A DNA stretch of 36,177 nucleotides from a virus (Duplodnaviria > Heunggongvirae > Uroviricota > Caudoviricetes), in the IMG/VR virus record IMGVR_UViG_3300025133_006513, positions 117,289 through 153,465 of that record, one strand, 5' to 3'. Both the position numbers and the translations under genes were made by a program. A model generated the notes under the pieces. The model was not told the DNA's origin, did not search any database, and saw only the letters and a list, made by a program, of their open reading frames with translations. Positions 19,161 to 27,070 of the stretch are shown here, one piece after another (position 1 is the first letter of the stretch; the number at the start of each line of letters is the position of its first letter).

Positions 19161-20707
19161 CGAATGTAGATATACAGAGCAGACACGCTGGCGTTCATGT
19201 CGCTGTGTCTGGGTATGCGGCTCCTGCTGCTGATGGTATTTCAATACCGCTAGCTGGGGATATGGTGCAGTTGGATCATACGCAGCTGCCGTTTCGTGTG
19301 AATATGACGCCTGTTACACCGCAGGAGGCTATTCGCGTAGCGATCTTCACATCGCTCACCAGGTTGCTCGCTATGGATACTATTGCGGATAGTGATCTGC
19401 AAGAGTGTCAAAACATACTAAGCCAGCTGTGTACGGACACACCGACACCGCGGCACCCTGACGGTACGCCAATAGTAACCGGACATCCGGTTGATGATAG
19501 CCTGCTCGCCTCTTCGGTGGGCCAGGAAGTAGAGCCCACGGAGACCGCAGCGTCACGGTATCGCGCAGAGGTCGCTGCACTATGTTACGCGCAGCCGAGC
19601 ATAAGTTGGGAGGCTCTCGTAAGAGCAATGCGACACCTGAACTTTGGGCTTACGGCTGTGGAGCGTCGCGACATCCTACAGGAGACGCATCAGGCCATAC
19701 AGTCATCTGCCTCAGATCCACCTCCTCCACCCGCGACAGTCTCCGCGTTGCCCCGTTTGCAATCGTTTCGGCAACGTGTCCGGGACCTGTGTGAATATGA
19801 GCCCGGTCTATCTCTTGACCAGTTACGTACAGCGCTGGGCTCGTATGGTTTGCACATTCCGCGGACTATACGTGAGTCTATCATATGCGAGGAGCACCGC
19901 CAGTCGCTCGCTGATAACACAGCGACGACTGCTACAGGTTCGCCTGAATACACGCCACGACCAGTACGCACTGGGGCTAACGCTATTCCTCTTCCTGAGT
20001 TCCGTAACCGCGCAGCTAATATTGTGCAGCAGTATCGCGGTATAGACCTGCAAGGTTTAACATCCAGGCTAAACCATATAGGTATCACGGTGGATAACGC
20101 CACACGAGTAGCTGTATGTGAAGCTGTGATACGTAGGCATGGAAGGGCTGCTGTACCCCCTAACGCTCAAAACATATCGCAAGCCTCGGGGTTGCTTGGG
20201 ACCCAACAATCGCTAGATGACGCAGTAGAACCTATTAGGTTGGAGCGTTTTCGCGGGGTTGTCCACGAGTATTTGGAGGGAGCACCTCGCGGGCAGGCGC
20301 TGTCTGCTATTCGTAGTAACCTGAGTATCCGCGGTTATCCCGCGCATTCTCGAGAGCGTGTTGCTATCATTGAAGAGTTCTTAGAGCGACCCGATCGCCC
20401 TACGTTTGCAGAGGCTGTGCAGTCTGTGCTTGACGGGTTAGAGGATGTGACCAATGCTGATCCCGTCGCAGTTGAGACTGCTATGCGGTATGCTGGGCGG
20501 CGGGGGTTCACTAGTGCCCAGCGATTTGTTATTGAAACCTTGCTGAGCGAACGCCAAGAGGGCATAGATACTGTCGCTCAGCAAGCACCTGAACCGGTAG
20601 GGGCGCCTACGACCGAGAGGCAACCACGCCATATTCGTTTACGAGAACGTTCATCGACGAACGGCTCACCTACTCCTGAAACAATAGAGGATGAATCTGA
20701 TGCCTGA
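19136..20707 (+). CDS. Hypothetical protein with five ~48-aa helical repeats and C-terminal RQPRHIRL motif
   Basis: Repeats begin RYRAEV, SFRQRV, EFRNRA, RFRGVV, TFAEAV. Confidence 0.75.
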   Translation: MSTTHFRVTNVDIQSRHAGVHVAVSGYAAPAADGISIPLAGDMVQLDHTQLPFRVNMTPVTPQEAIRVAIFTSLTRLLAMDTIADSDLQECQNILSQLCTDTPTPRHPDGTPIVTGHPVDDSLLASSVGQEVEPTETAASRYRAEVAALCYAQPSISWEALVRAMRHLNFGLTAVERRDILQETHQAIQSSASDPPPPPATVSALPRLQSFRQRVRDLCEYEPGLSLDQLRTALGSYGLHIPRTIRESIICEEHRQSLADNTATTATGSPEYTPRPVRTGANAIPLPEFRNRAANIVQQYRGIDLQGLTSRLNHIGITVDNATRVAVCEAVIRRHGRAAVPPNAQNISQASGLLGTQQSLDDAVEPIRLERFRGVVHEYLEGAPRGQALSAIRSNLSIRGYPAHSRERVAIIEEFLERPDRPTFAEAVQSVLDGLEDVTNADPVAVETAMRYAGRRGFTSAQRFVIETLLSERQEGIDTVAQQAPEPVGAPTTERQPRHIRLRERSSTNGSPTPETIEDESDA

Positions 20708-21131
20708 GATTAAAGAGTTACTTGAACACCTCATGGACTGCTACCAGCAACAAGATCTTGGAGAGGTCGGTGAAGAAGCCGTACCTTCTCCCCTGGATGA
20801 ACTGTACGCGCAGTTCGAAACCCAGGCAGAGAAACTTGCAGCGTGCAAGGGTATCGAAGACTTCGTGCGGGTCGGTCGCCAGCATTTTGTTGATCACCCG
20901 CCACAGACACATATCATGCTCGCTGAGGGCTTTGGTGTGCAGTTGGCTGGTGGTGTGGAGATATCGTTAACACCGAGTGTTATCGAGGATCTTGCTGGTA
21001 CTATGGAGCCACAGCCTTCCTTTCCTGTGACAGAGGGTCGCAGTATTCGTGGGCAGAATGGTATTAAGCCTTCGGAGCAGTACGGCGTTACTGGCAATAA
21101 GCCATCCGCCTCACTGCGTGAACCGAGTTGA
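20691..21131 (+). CDS. Hypothetical protein
   Basis: 146 aa ORF, GAGG upstream; start 20691 or 20700. Confidence 0.7.
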   Translation: MNLMPEIKELLEHLMDCYQQQDLGEVGEEAVPSPLDELYAQFETQAEKLAACKGIEDFVRVGRQHFVDHPPQTHIMLAEGFGVQLAGGVEISLTPSVIEDLAGTMEPQPSFPVTEGRSIRGQNGIKPSEQYGVTGNKPSASLREPS

Positions 21132-21844
21132 TGGAGACAATCGCAAACATAGTCGGTCTGATCGGCATAGTCGTGGTCGTGGTGCTCAGCCTGTACATGC
21201 TGTACGGGCTGTACGGGCTGGCGTGGCCCAGGAGTCCCGCAGACCAAGCCGTGCACATGGATATGGATACATGGGCGCCCACATCATACGCGGCGCCTGG
21301 CTTATCTGCTGCTGCAGCTGCCAACCGAGACCAGGCAACTGCGTATTTGCGTGGTGTGGCTGACGGTGCGGAGTCAGGGAGGCAAGCAGCGGCTGCAACA
21401 CCGATAGCCCCGGTCGGTCGGTATCCCCACGTGTACGATGCGGTGATGGCGCTAATAAACACAGGGCGACTTGATCTTGATCCTACGTCTACGACGTTTG
21501 GTGAAGAACTAGGGGACCGGCTCGATGCAGGTGCGTACTCCGCCCATACCACTACAAGCTACATAGGGGAGGTACCGCCTAACGCCCACTCACTCCAGAG
21601 CGAGTTCGATGAAAACTACGAGCAGTATTGCGAACGGCAACGTACGCAGCTTGCTCATCACCTTGAGCTCATAGCCCAAGGTGCCGATGATCCGCTTGTC
21701 CATGATGTGATTAACAACACCTGTCCACCAGAGTTGCGTCAATCAGAGGAAGGACGACGGGCTTTACAGCAACGTGTCGACGAGACACGACGTAACGCGG
21801 CCATATTGAAGGGCCGACAACCAAGGAAGATAAGACTTAAATGA
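21128..21844 (+). CDS. Hypothetical membrane-anchored protein ending in RQPRKIRLK
   Basis: N-terminal hydrophobic helix IVGLIGIVVVVVLSLYMLYGLY. Confidence 0.75.
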   Translation: MMETIANIVGLIGIVVVVVLSLYMLYGLYGLAWPRSPADQAVHMDMDTWAPTSYAAPGLSAAAAANRDQATAYLRGVADGAESGRQAAAATPIAPVGRYPHVYDAVMALINTGRLDLDPTSTTFGEELGDRLDAGAYSAHTTTSYIGEVPPNAHSLQSEFDENYEQYCERQRTQLAHHLELIAQGADDPLVHDVINNTCPPELRQSEEGRRALQQRVDETRRNAAILKGRQPRKIRLK

Positions 21845-22101
21845 CACGTTTTCCGAAGAGTCCGGGTGACGGACGCTATCGTGTAGAGATGGGGCGACCG
21901 GGAGACCGGACTGACGTCATCCTCGATTACACGGATGAGTTGACTGAAGCACGTGCCGCTATGGCGGGTGCTGCTCGGCGGAAGGATGGGTGCCGCGGCA
22001 TCATCACTGACGTTCGTGAGCATAAAGAGTTGGAGTACAAAGCGAACGCCTCTTGTAAGGATTGTGGCAAATGCCCGGGCCTGGTCGTCGCTTTAACATA
22101 G
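21841..22101 (+). CDS. Small hypothetical protein with CxxCxxC
   Basis: ATGA overlap; SCKDCGKCPG. Confidence 0.65.
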   Translation: MTRFPKSPGDGRYRVEMGRPGDRTDVILDYTDELTEARAAMAGAARRKDGCRGIITDVREHKELEYKANASCKDCGKCPGLVVALT

Positions 22102-22142
22102 GTGACATTCACCTACACCCACACGAAGACATAATTACACAT

Positions 22143-23087
22143 ATGTCTGTAGATCGCATGCTGTCCCTCAAACACGTGGACATTGGCAGTGATCTATTTA
22201 ATACAGGGTACCGGCAGGCAGCGAAGCTTGCTGAGGCCCTCCGTGAGGCTCGCCAGTCGCGTGCTCCACGAATCCTCTTCATGGGCGGACACCCTATTAA
22301 GCTGGGCCTGAGCCGCTATCTGGTTGATCTGATACGACGTGGGTGGATCACTCACGTGGCTACCACTGGTGCCGGTCTGATTCATGACTATCAACTGACT
22401 GTTCATGGCGTGACAGACGAAGATGTACCAGCAACGCTAGCACAAGGTAAGTTCGGGTTCTGGGACAAACTTGATCACCTGAACAAAATAGTGAATTACA
22501 GTTGTCACGGAACGATGGCAGGCCTGGGGCACCGATACGGTACTTACGTCTCACAGAATAAGTATGTCGACAACGGCCCTATTCTGGGTAACAACCGGCG
22601 GTGGCGCGACGTGAGGCCGTGGTCTGTGCTAGGCAACGCATCAGTGAACGGTAACGGAGCCACAGTACACGTATCGATCGGTACGGATATCTTGGGTATG
22701 TATCCGAACTACCGGGGAGGCAGCTGGGGGACGGCTAGTCATATGGATTTCCTGGAATTTGCAGAGCTTATCTGTAACATGGGCAATGGTGTGTTTATCA
22801 ACATGGGCTCTGCAGTGCAGGGGCCAGAGGTATTCCTCAAAGCTATCTCAATGGCGATCCACACAGAGCGATTGCCTACGAATATTACAACGGCTGTGAT
22901 GGATATGTATCCGTTACCAGACGACTGGGAGTCGCAGAACTACACTCGCGACGACCCCCACTACTATTGGCGACCCTGGAAAACAATACTCAAGCGAGCA
23001 CTGGTATCAAAAGACTCCTCGTCACTCTATGTGCGTGGTGATTTCAGGGATACTGTGCCAGCTCTTTGGTCGTGTTTAGTGGACTAA
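22143..23087 (+). CDS. Deoxyhypusine-synthase-like family protein
   Basis: FMGGHPIKLGL, HVATTGAGLIHD, TVHVSIGTDI, NMGSAVQGPEVFLKA match the bacterial DHS-like family; likely start ATG 22143. Confidence 0.75.
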   Translation: MSVDRMLSLKHVDIGSDLFNTGYRQAAKLAEALREARQSRAPRILFMGGHPIKLGLSRYLVDLIRRGWITHVATTGAGLIHDYQLTVHGVTDEDVPATLAQGKFGFWDKLDHLNKIVNYSCHGTMAGLGHRYGTYVSQNKYVDNGPILGNNRRWRDVRPWSVLGNASVNGNGATVHVSIGTDILGMYPNYRGGSWGTASHMDFLEFAELICNMGNGVFINMGSAVQGPEVFLKAISMAIHTERLPTNITTAVMDMYPLPDDWESQNYTRDDPHYYWRPWKTILKRALVSKDSSSLYVRGDFRDTVPALWSCLVD

Positions 23088-23248
23088 AAACAAGCCCTTT
23101 TAGGGCATTGTAAGATGTACAGGTTATCTCTTGGCGATAGTCGAGACCTGTTTGTGGCTAACATTGCAGTCCCGGCTCCCCATAGAGTCGCGATGCTCTC
23201 ACGTTAGCTCAACCAATCTGGTACCATAGGTCGAGGAGGATCCAATCT

Positions 23249-23722
23249 ATGAAGACACTAGGACCTGATGATTTTGATATCGGGCGACTCGTAACTATAC
23301 TAGCTGGACCATTTCATACACCCAAAATTCAGGGTGGTGGGGTGGCTAGTTTCTTAGGCGGCGGGCAGGAAATGCCAGCAATAGAGGATACGCGATACCA
23401 CGGTAAGGTGTTGCGTATCCTGGCGTATGATCCGCCTTACCTCATCCTGGAGCCCCTTGCTGGTGTTATCGTGACACCAGAGATTCGTCGCATGGGCCCT
23501 TTCACCGCGATCATGCCCACCAGCGAGTGGGTACCTGATGTGCTCGAAATAAGTGCCAAGACTATCACGGTTGGTTCCGTGAGTCCTGAGTACGCTAAGG
23601 TAGTGCAAGAGCGGTGTGTCCCCCCCGAAAAGCGGACGGCTGCTGTAGTCGGGCCTGTTAGGCGGATGCTTGCGGATGAGGCAAAGAAACCGTGCTCGCG
23701 GTGTGGCGAGTCGCACAAGTAA
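23249..23722 (+). CDS. Hypothetical protein
   Basis: GAGGAGG RBS; terminal CxxC. Confidence 0.75.
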   Translation: MKTLGPDDFDIGRLVTILAGPFHTPKIQGGGVASFLGGGQEMPAIEDTRYHGKVLRILAYDPPYLILEPLAGVIVTPEIRRMGPFTAIMPTSEWVPDVLEISAKTITVGSVSPEYAKVVQERCVPPEKRTAAVVGPVRRMLADEAKKPCSRCGESHK

Positions 23723-23734
23723 GAAAGGAAGAAG

Positions 23735-24352
23735 ATGCCCGAACGACAACCCCGGCGTATTCGGTTGAAGGACTCGGTTAAACCCGAAGCCCTGGAAGGC
23801 ACATACCTGATCGATGGGTATTGCTTTAACTGTGAGTGGAGCGGCGAGATTGATATTCCTAAAGGTACGCCAATGGCGTTCGGGAATAAGCTTGGCGATC
23901 TATCCCGGTGTCCTGATTGTGCGTGTCACACGTTGCAGCGATGGACAGCGATGGAGCTCGAGGAGCTTAAAGCACTCGATGACGTCGATGACGCCATTGG
24001 GGAGGCGGGTGGCGAACTACCGCGAGAAAGGCAAGATGAGGTTCGTGGGTGGCCAAATCCTTTTCAACCATTCCGGGGGTACACACCGTACGGGTACAGC
24101 AATGAGCCACGACTGCGTGACCAGGTACCACCTAGCGCACCAGCCGATAGCATATCGGCTACAGAGTATGCTAACGCTGCGATGGAGTTCATTGCAGCGT
24201 CAGCGGCTGACCCAACTGATGGCATGACAACCGTCGATGCTGTTAGTGCTGTAAATGACGCAATTGCTCGCCAAGCAGCTTCGGATGCAGCACATGATGC
24301 GAGTGCGGCGGCAATACGCCAACATCAACACGACTCTTGGCGATCAAGGTAA
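23735..24352 (+). CDS. Hypothetical protein with Zn-ribbon and N-terminal RQPRRIRL motif
   Basis: CFNC...CPDC pair; AAGGAAG RBS. Confidence 0.75.
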   Translation: MPERQPRRIRLKDSVKPEALEGTYLIDGYCFNCEWSGEIDIPKGTPMAFGNKLGDLSRCPDCACHTLQRWTAMELEELKALDDVDDAIGEAGGELPRERQDEVRGWPNPFQPFRGYTPYGYSNEPRLRDQVPPSAPADSISATEYANAAMEFIAASAADPTDGMTTVDAVSAVNDAIARQAASDAAHDASAAAIRQHQHDSWRSR

Positions 24353-24372
24353 CTAGTTTTTATTACTCAGTG

Positions 24373-24409
24373 AGGCCGTACCCTAATCCCCGGGGGTACG
24401 GCCTTTTTT
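24373..24409 (+). terminator. Rho-independent terminator
   Basis: aggccgtaccc...gggtacggcct followed by T-run. Confidence 0.85.
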
Positions 24410-24413
24410 CATT

Positions 24414-25535
24414 ATGGGGAATGGAGCTATTATGTTTTCAGAAACCGATATCCGTGCTATTTGCAGCTACCCTAAAATGGTACAGCTGCAATGCAACACT
24501 GTAGCAAGCCTGGCGTTGCTACGCAGTGACAAACCACTGGCAGAAGCCCGTGCTGAGTTTGTCGAGACGATCGTAGCGCCGCTGGATGAAGAGGACAAGC
24601 AGGGTGGTCGCGACCAGGTTGCAAAAGAACTGACAGAGACGCGTCGTAGTTTCTGGGAGTTCGCGTGCCGTTGCACAGGGCCAGCTGGCGACACAGTGAT
24701 GCACGACGCATACACTGGCTGGATCGCTCATCGTGCTAAGACGGGTGAGTGGGAAGGCAATACCGTAGCAGAGATGATTACTGCTACGGCTGGTCGTGCT
24801 GAAGTGGAAGATAAGCCTGGTGCGGTGTACGAGATTCTTCGTACTGCCACGCTTGGCGGTATGTGCCCAGAAGCAGGGCACGACGCTGAGGCTGCTGAAG
24901 AAGCGCTGCTGGACGTGTTGTACACGATCGCCGGCAAGGCGTTGGCGAAGCAAGCGTTGAAGCTGCCTGAGGTCATCAAGGACACTAAGGAGCTGGTCGC
25001 CAATGCTGCCAAGTTCCCAGCGATGCTCCTTGGTAATATCTTGCCGCCAGACGCTATGGCGATTGTGCAGGAGTATCGAGAAGCAAACGGTGGCGAGGCT
25101 GAAGACGGCGACGCCGGTGAAACCTCGATACTTGGTGGCGACTTGGGCGAGATGGTGGAGCGTTTTAAGCAAATGCTTGAGAGTGCTACTGACGAGGCAG
25201 ACTCCGCACCGCGTGCGGAGCCACAGCAGCCCCCGGCTGTTCGCATCATTCAGGATGCATTGCTTGCTGTATTTCCACGGCATGCAGGCGACGACATCGA
25301 AGACGCCACACCAGAGCAGGTGGCTGAGCGTGCCAAGCAGTTTGGTGCTGCGGGGCAGCGTGCCTACGCATGGGGTATGTCCCCTGACACCCTCCAGGTG
25401 GAGACACCAGAAGGTAAGTTCAACCTGATCGACCAAGTGGTTGATGAAGGGCTGGGCGTCGAAGAAGTGGTTGCGATGCTCAAGGCTGACAAGATCAGCC
25501 AAGTTAAGCAGCCTGTCACGGCGGTCAACGAGTAA
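24414..25535 (+). CDS. Hypothetical helical protein
   Basis: 373 aa ORF; start 24414 or 24432. Confidence 0.8.
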   Translation: MGNGAIMFSETDIRAICSYPKMVQLQCNTVASLALLRSDKPLAEARAEFVETIVAPLDEEDKQGGRDQVAKELTETRRSFWEFACRCTGPAGDTVMHDAYTGWIAHRAKTGEWEGNTVAEMITATAGRAEVEDKPGAVYEILRTATLGGMCPEAGHDAEAAEEALLDVLYTIAGKALAKQALKLPEVIKDTKELVANAAKFPAMLLGNILPPDAMAIVQEYREANGGEAEDGDAGETSILGGDLGEMVERFKQMLESATDEADSAPRAEPQQPPAVRIIQDALLAVFPRHAGDDIEDATPEQVAERAKQFGAAGQRAYAWGMSPDTLQVETPEGKFNLIDQVVDEGLGVEEVVAMLKADKISQVKQPVTAVNE

Positions 25536-25561
25536 TTCAGAGTGCGCTTGGAAGCGCAGAC

Positions 25562-25602
25562 GGGCCGACCAGTTTTTGCACTCCTGGTCGGTCCCATTTT
25601 TA
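25562..25602 (+). terminator. Rho-independent terminator
   Basis: gggccgaccag...ctggtcggtccc followed by attttttt. Confidence 0.75.
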
Positions 25603-25629
25603 TTATCGTGCTATTTAAAAGGAGATACT

Positions 25630-26493
25630 ATGGTTATGCATACTGCAGCGTTGGAGGCTCACCTCCAAGAGATGATGGATTTGTACTGCTTTCTTGATAT
25701 GTCACATGATCGCAGTCATGTCGAAACAGTCCGCGATAACGTGGTGAAGCTGTGTAACCAGGAGCTGCGACAGGACCTGCAGCTTCTTGCTGAAATTGCG
25801 GCTGTATACCACGACGTGTGTCTTGGTGACGGTCGTGATGGGCATGAGTTACGAGCACAGCATCGAGTGCTTCATGACTCGGTGCTTATAAAGCACCTCA
25901 CGCTAGATGAGCGTGTAGCGGTGGCTTACGCTGTACGTCATCACCGTGCATCTACAGGCCGTCCAACGACGATGTTGGAGAAGATCGTGGCGGATGCTGA
26001 TCGTATCCCTACGGATGCGTCACACGCATTTATGCGTGCGTTTGAGTATGGGTTGGCAAATTACCCGGAGTTGAGCCATGAAGACCAACTCCGTCGATCT
26101 GCTGCCCACCTTTACGCTAAGTACGGAAAGCCAGGAGGGTATACTGCCCAGCTGGACGGAACCCGTACACTTGTCGATCAGATCATGTTGCCTATCTTCT
26201 TAGCTCATCGCAGTGATGATGTTGAGGTGATGCAGCGTATCCTCGACGGAGAAGAGGCTGCTCCACCCGCTGCGTGGTGGAAGACGCCAGTATTACTGAC
26301 GAGTGTATGGGGGCTAGCGTTACTGTCCTGCTACGCTGCGTTCAGCCTACTTATGGTGTCATTTACGGTGGAGGCCTATGTGGGCGCAAACTTTGCGACC
26401 CTGGCCACGTTCATGTTGGTGTTGAGTTTCTTTGCAATATGCAAAGCGGTTGACATTACCAAGATGACACTAACAACGCAGCTACAAGTGTAA
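25630..26493 (+). CDS. HD-domain phosphohydrolase with two C-terminal transmembrane helices
   Basis: H(DRSH)...YHD...HH...VADAD metal-ligand pattern; hydrophobic C-terminal segments; AAGGAG RBS. Confidence 0.8.
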   Translation: MVMHTAALEAHLQEMMDLYCFLDMSHDRSHVETVRDNVVKLCNQELRQDLQLLAEIAAVYHDVCLGDGRDGHELRAQHRVLHDSVLIKHLTLDERVAVAYAVRHHRASTGRPTTMLEKIVADADRIPTDASHAFMRAFEYGLANYPELSHEDQLRRSAAHLYAKYGKPGGYTAQLDGTRTLVDQIMLPIFLAHRSDDVEVMQRILDGEEAAPPAAWWKTPVLLTSVWGLALLSCYAAFSLLMVSFTVEAYVGANFATLATFMLVLSFFAICKAVDITKMTLTTQLQV

Positions 26494-26515
26494 GTGAGTG
26501 GTAAAGGAGACAAGG

Positions 26516-26542
26516 AAGAGGGCCCCTAGTGGGTCCTTTTTC
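26516..26542. terminator. Probable bidirectional terminator between convergent genes
   Basis: aagagggccc-ctagt-gggtcctttt, A-rich left and T-rich right flank. Confidence 0.65.
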
Positions 26543-26842
26543 TTAGCTATCAGGGCGTGGGGCGTGTAGTGCCATCAAGCGTATCTTGGCACTCTCATAC
26601 TCTTCACCTAGCCCAATGTCCCGCAGTCGCCGTGCTACGTCTCTAGCGTAGTTTGCGAGCCACCCGTTGCAGAACTCTACTGGCGTATCCTCTGCCTGCA
26701 CGTGTGTCATGATGGCTTCTACGGTACCTACAGGTACGTGGTCACGCATGAGCTCGTAGAGGAAGCTGACCAGAGGGTCTGCATCAGTAACAGAGCCACT
26801 GCGTTTACGGATGGCAGCCATGTGCGGGGGCATAGTAGGCAT
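26543..26842 (-). CDS. Hypothetical protein; only convincing minus-strand gene in window
   Basis: GGAG RBS on minus strand before ATG at 26842; fills gap with no + strand ORF; LVSFLYELMRDHVPVGTVE...NGWLANYA. Confidence 0.7.
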   Translation of the reverse strand: MPTMPPHMAAIRKRSGSVTDADPLVSFLYELMRDHVPVGTVEAIMTHVQAEDTPVEFCNGWLANYARDVARRLRDIGLGEEYESAKIRLMALHAPRPDS

Positions 26843-26981
26843 GTGTCTCGACTCCAAGGGTGAAATGGGGATATTTGCAGGGTAACACAAGTGCTTAATA
26901 AGAGCCAGTAATAGGGCATTTCAATTTGAAGGATACGCTAGTATCCAGTGCTTTATGTAAAATCGCGTATTGTTACGCGGT

Positions 26982-27011
26982 GCCCGCCGGGGTGACACTC
27001 GGCGGGCTTTT
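26982..27011 (+). terminator. Terminator-like hairpin upstream of cassette leader
   Basis: gcccgccg-gggtgacact-cggcgggc-tttt. Confidence 0.65.
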
Positions 27012-27012
27012 C

Positions 27013-27064
27013 ATTGATCCGATCCTCGGGTCTCTCATGTCACGTTTCTATTTTTTGAAGGAGT
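27013..27064 (+). repeat. Direct repeat copy 1 (leader + RBS) upstream of RAMP gene
   Basis: attgatccgatcctcgggtctctcatgtcacgtttctattttttgaaggagt; near-identical to 30449-30499. Confidence 0.9.
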
Positions 27065-27070
27065 TGAGTT

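Noticed and set aside
19943-19972. Possible self-target of guide 29265-29311 (pattern [KN][DE][FL]TPRPP[KN]T versus PEYTPRPVRT)
   Set aside because: Only 6 of 10 dinucleotides match; compatible with chance. I could not perform an exhaustive gapped self-target search by eye
24519-25502. 327-aa minus-strand ORF (and other long antisense ORFs such as 15045-15656, 16638-17225, 32202-32801)
   Set aside because: Shadows of well-supported + strand genes; no RBS or recognisable motifs
25630-26493. HD protein as Cas3''-like nuclease of the RAMP cassette
   Set aside because: Has TM helices, no helicase partner, and is separated from the cassette by a terminator and an opposing gene
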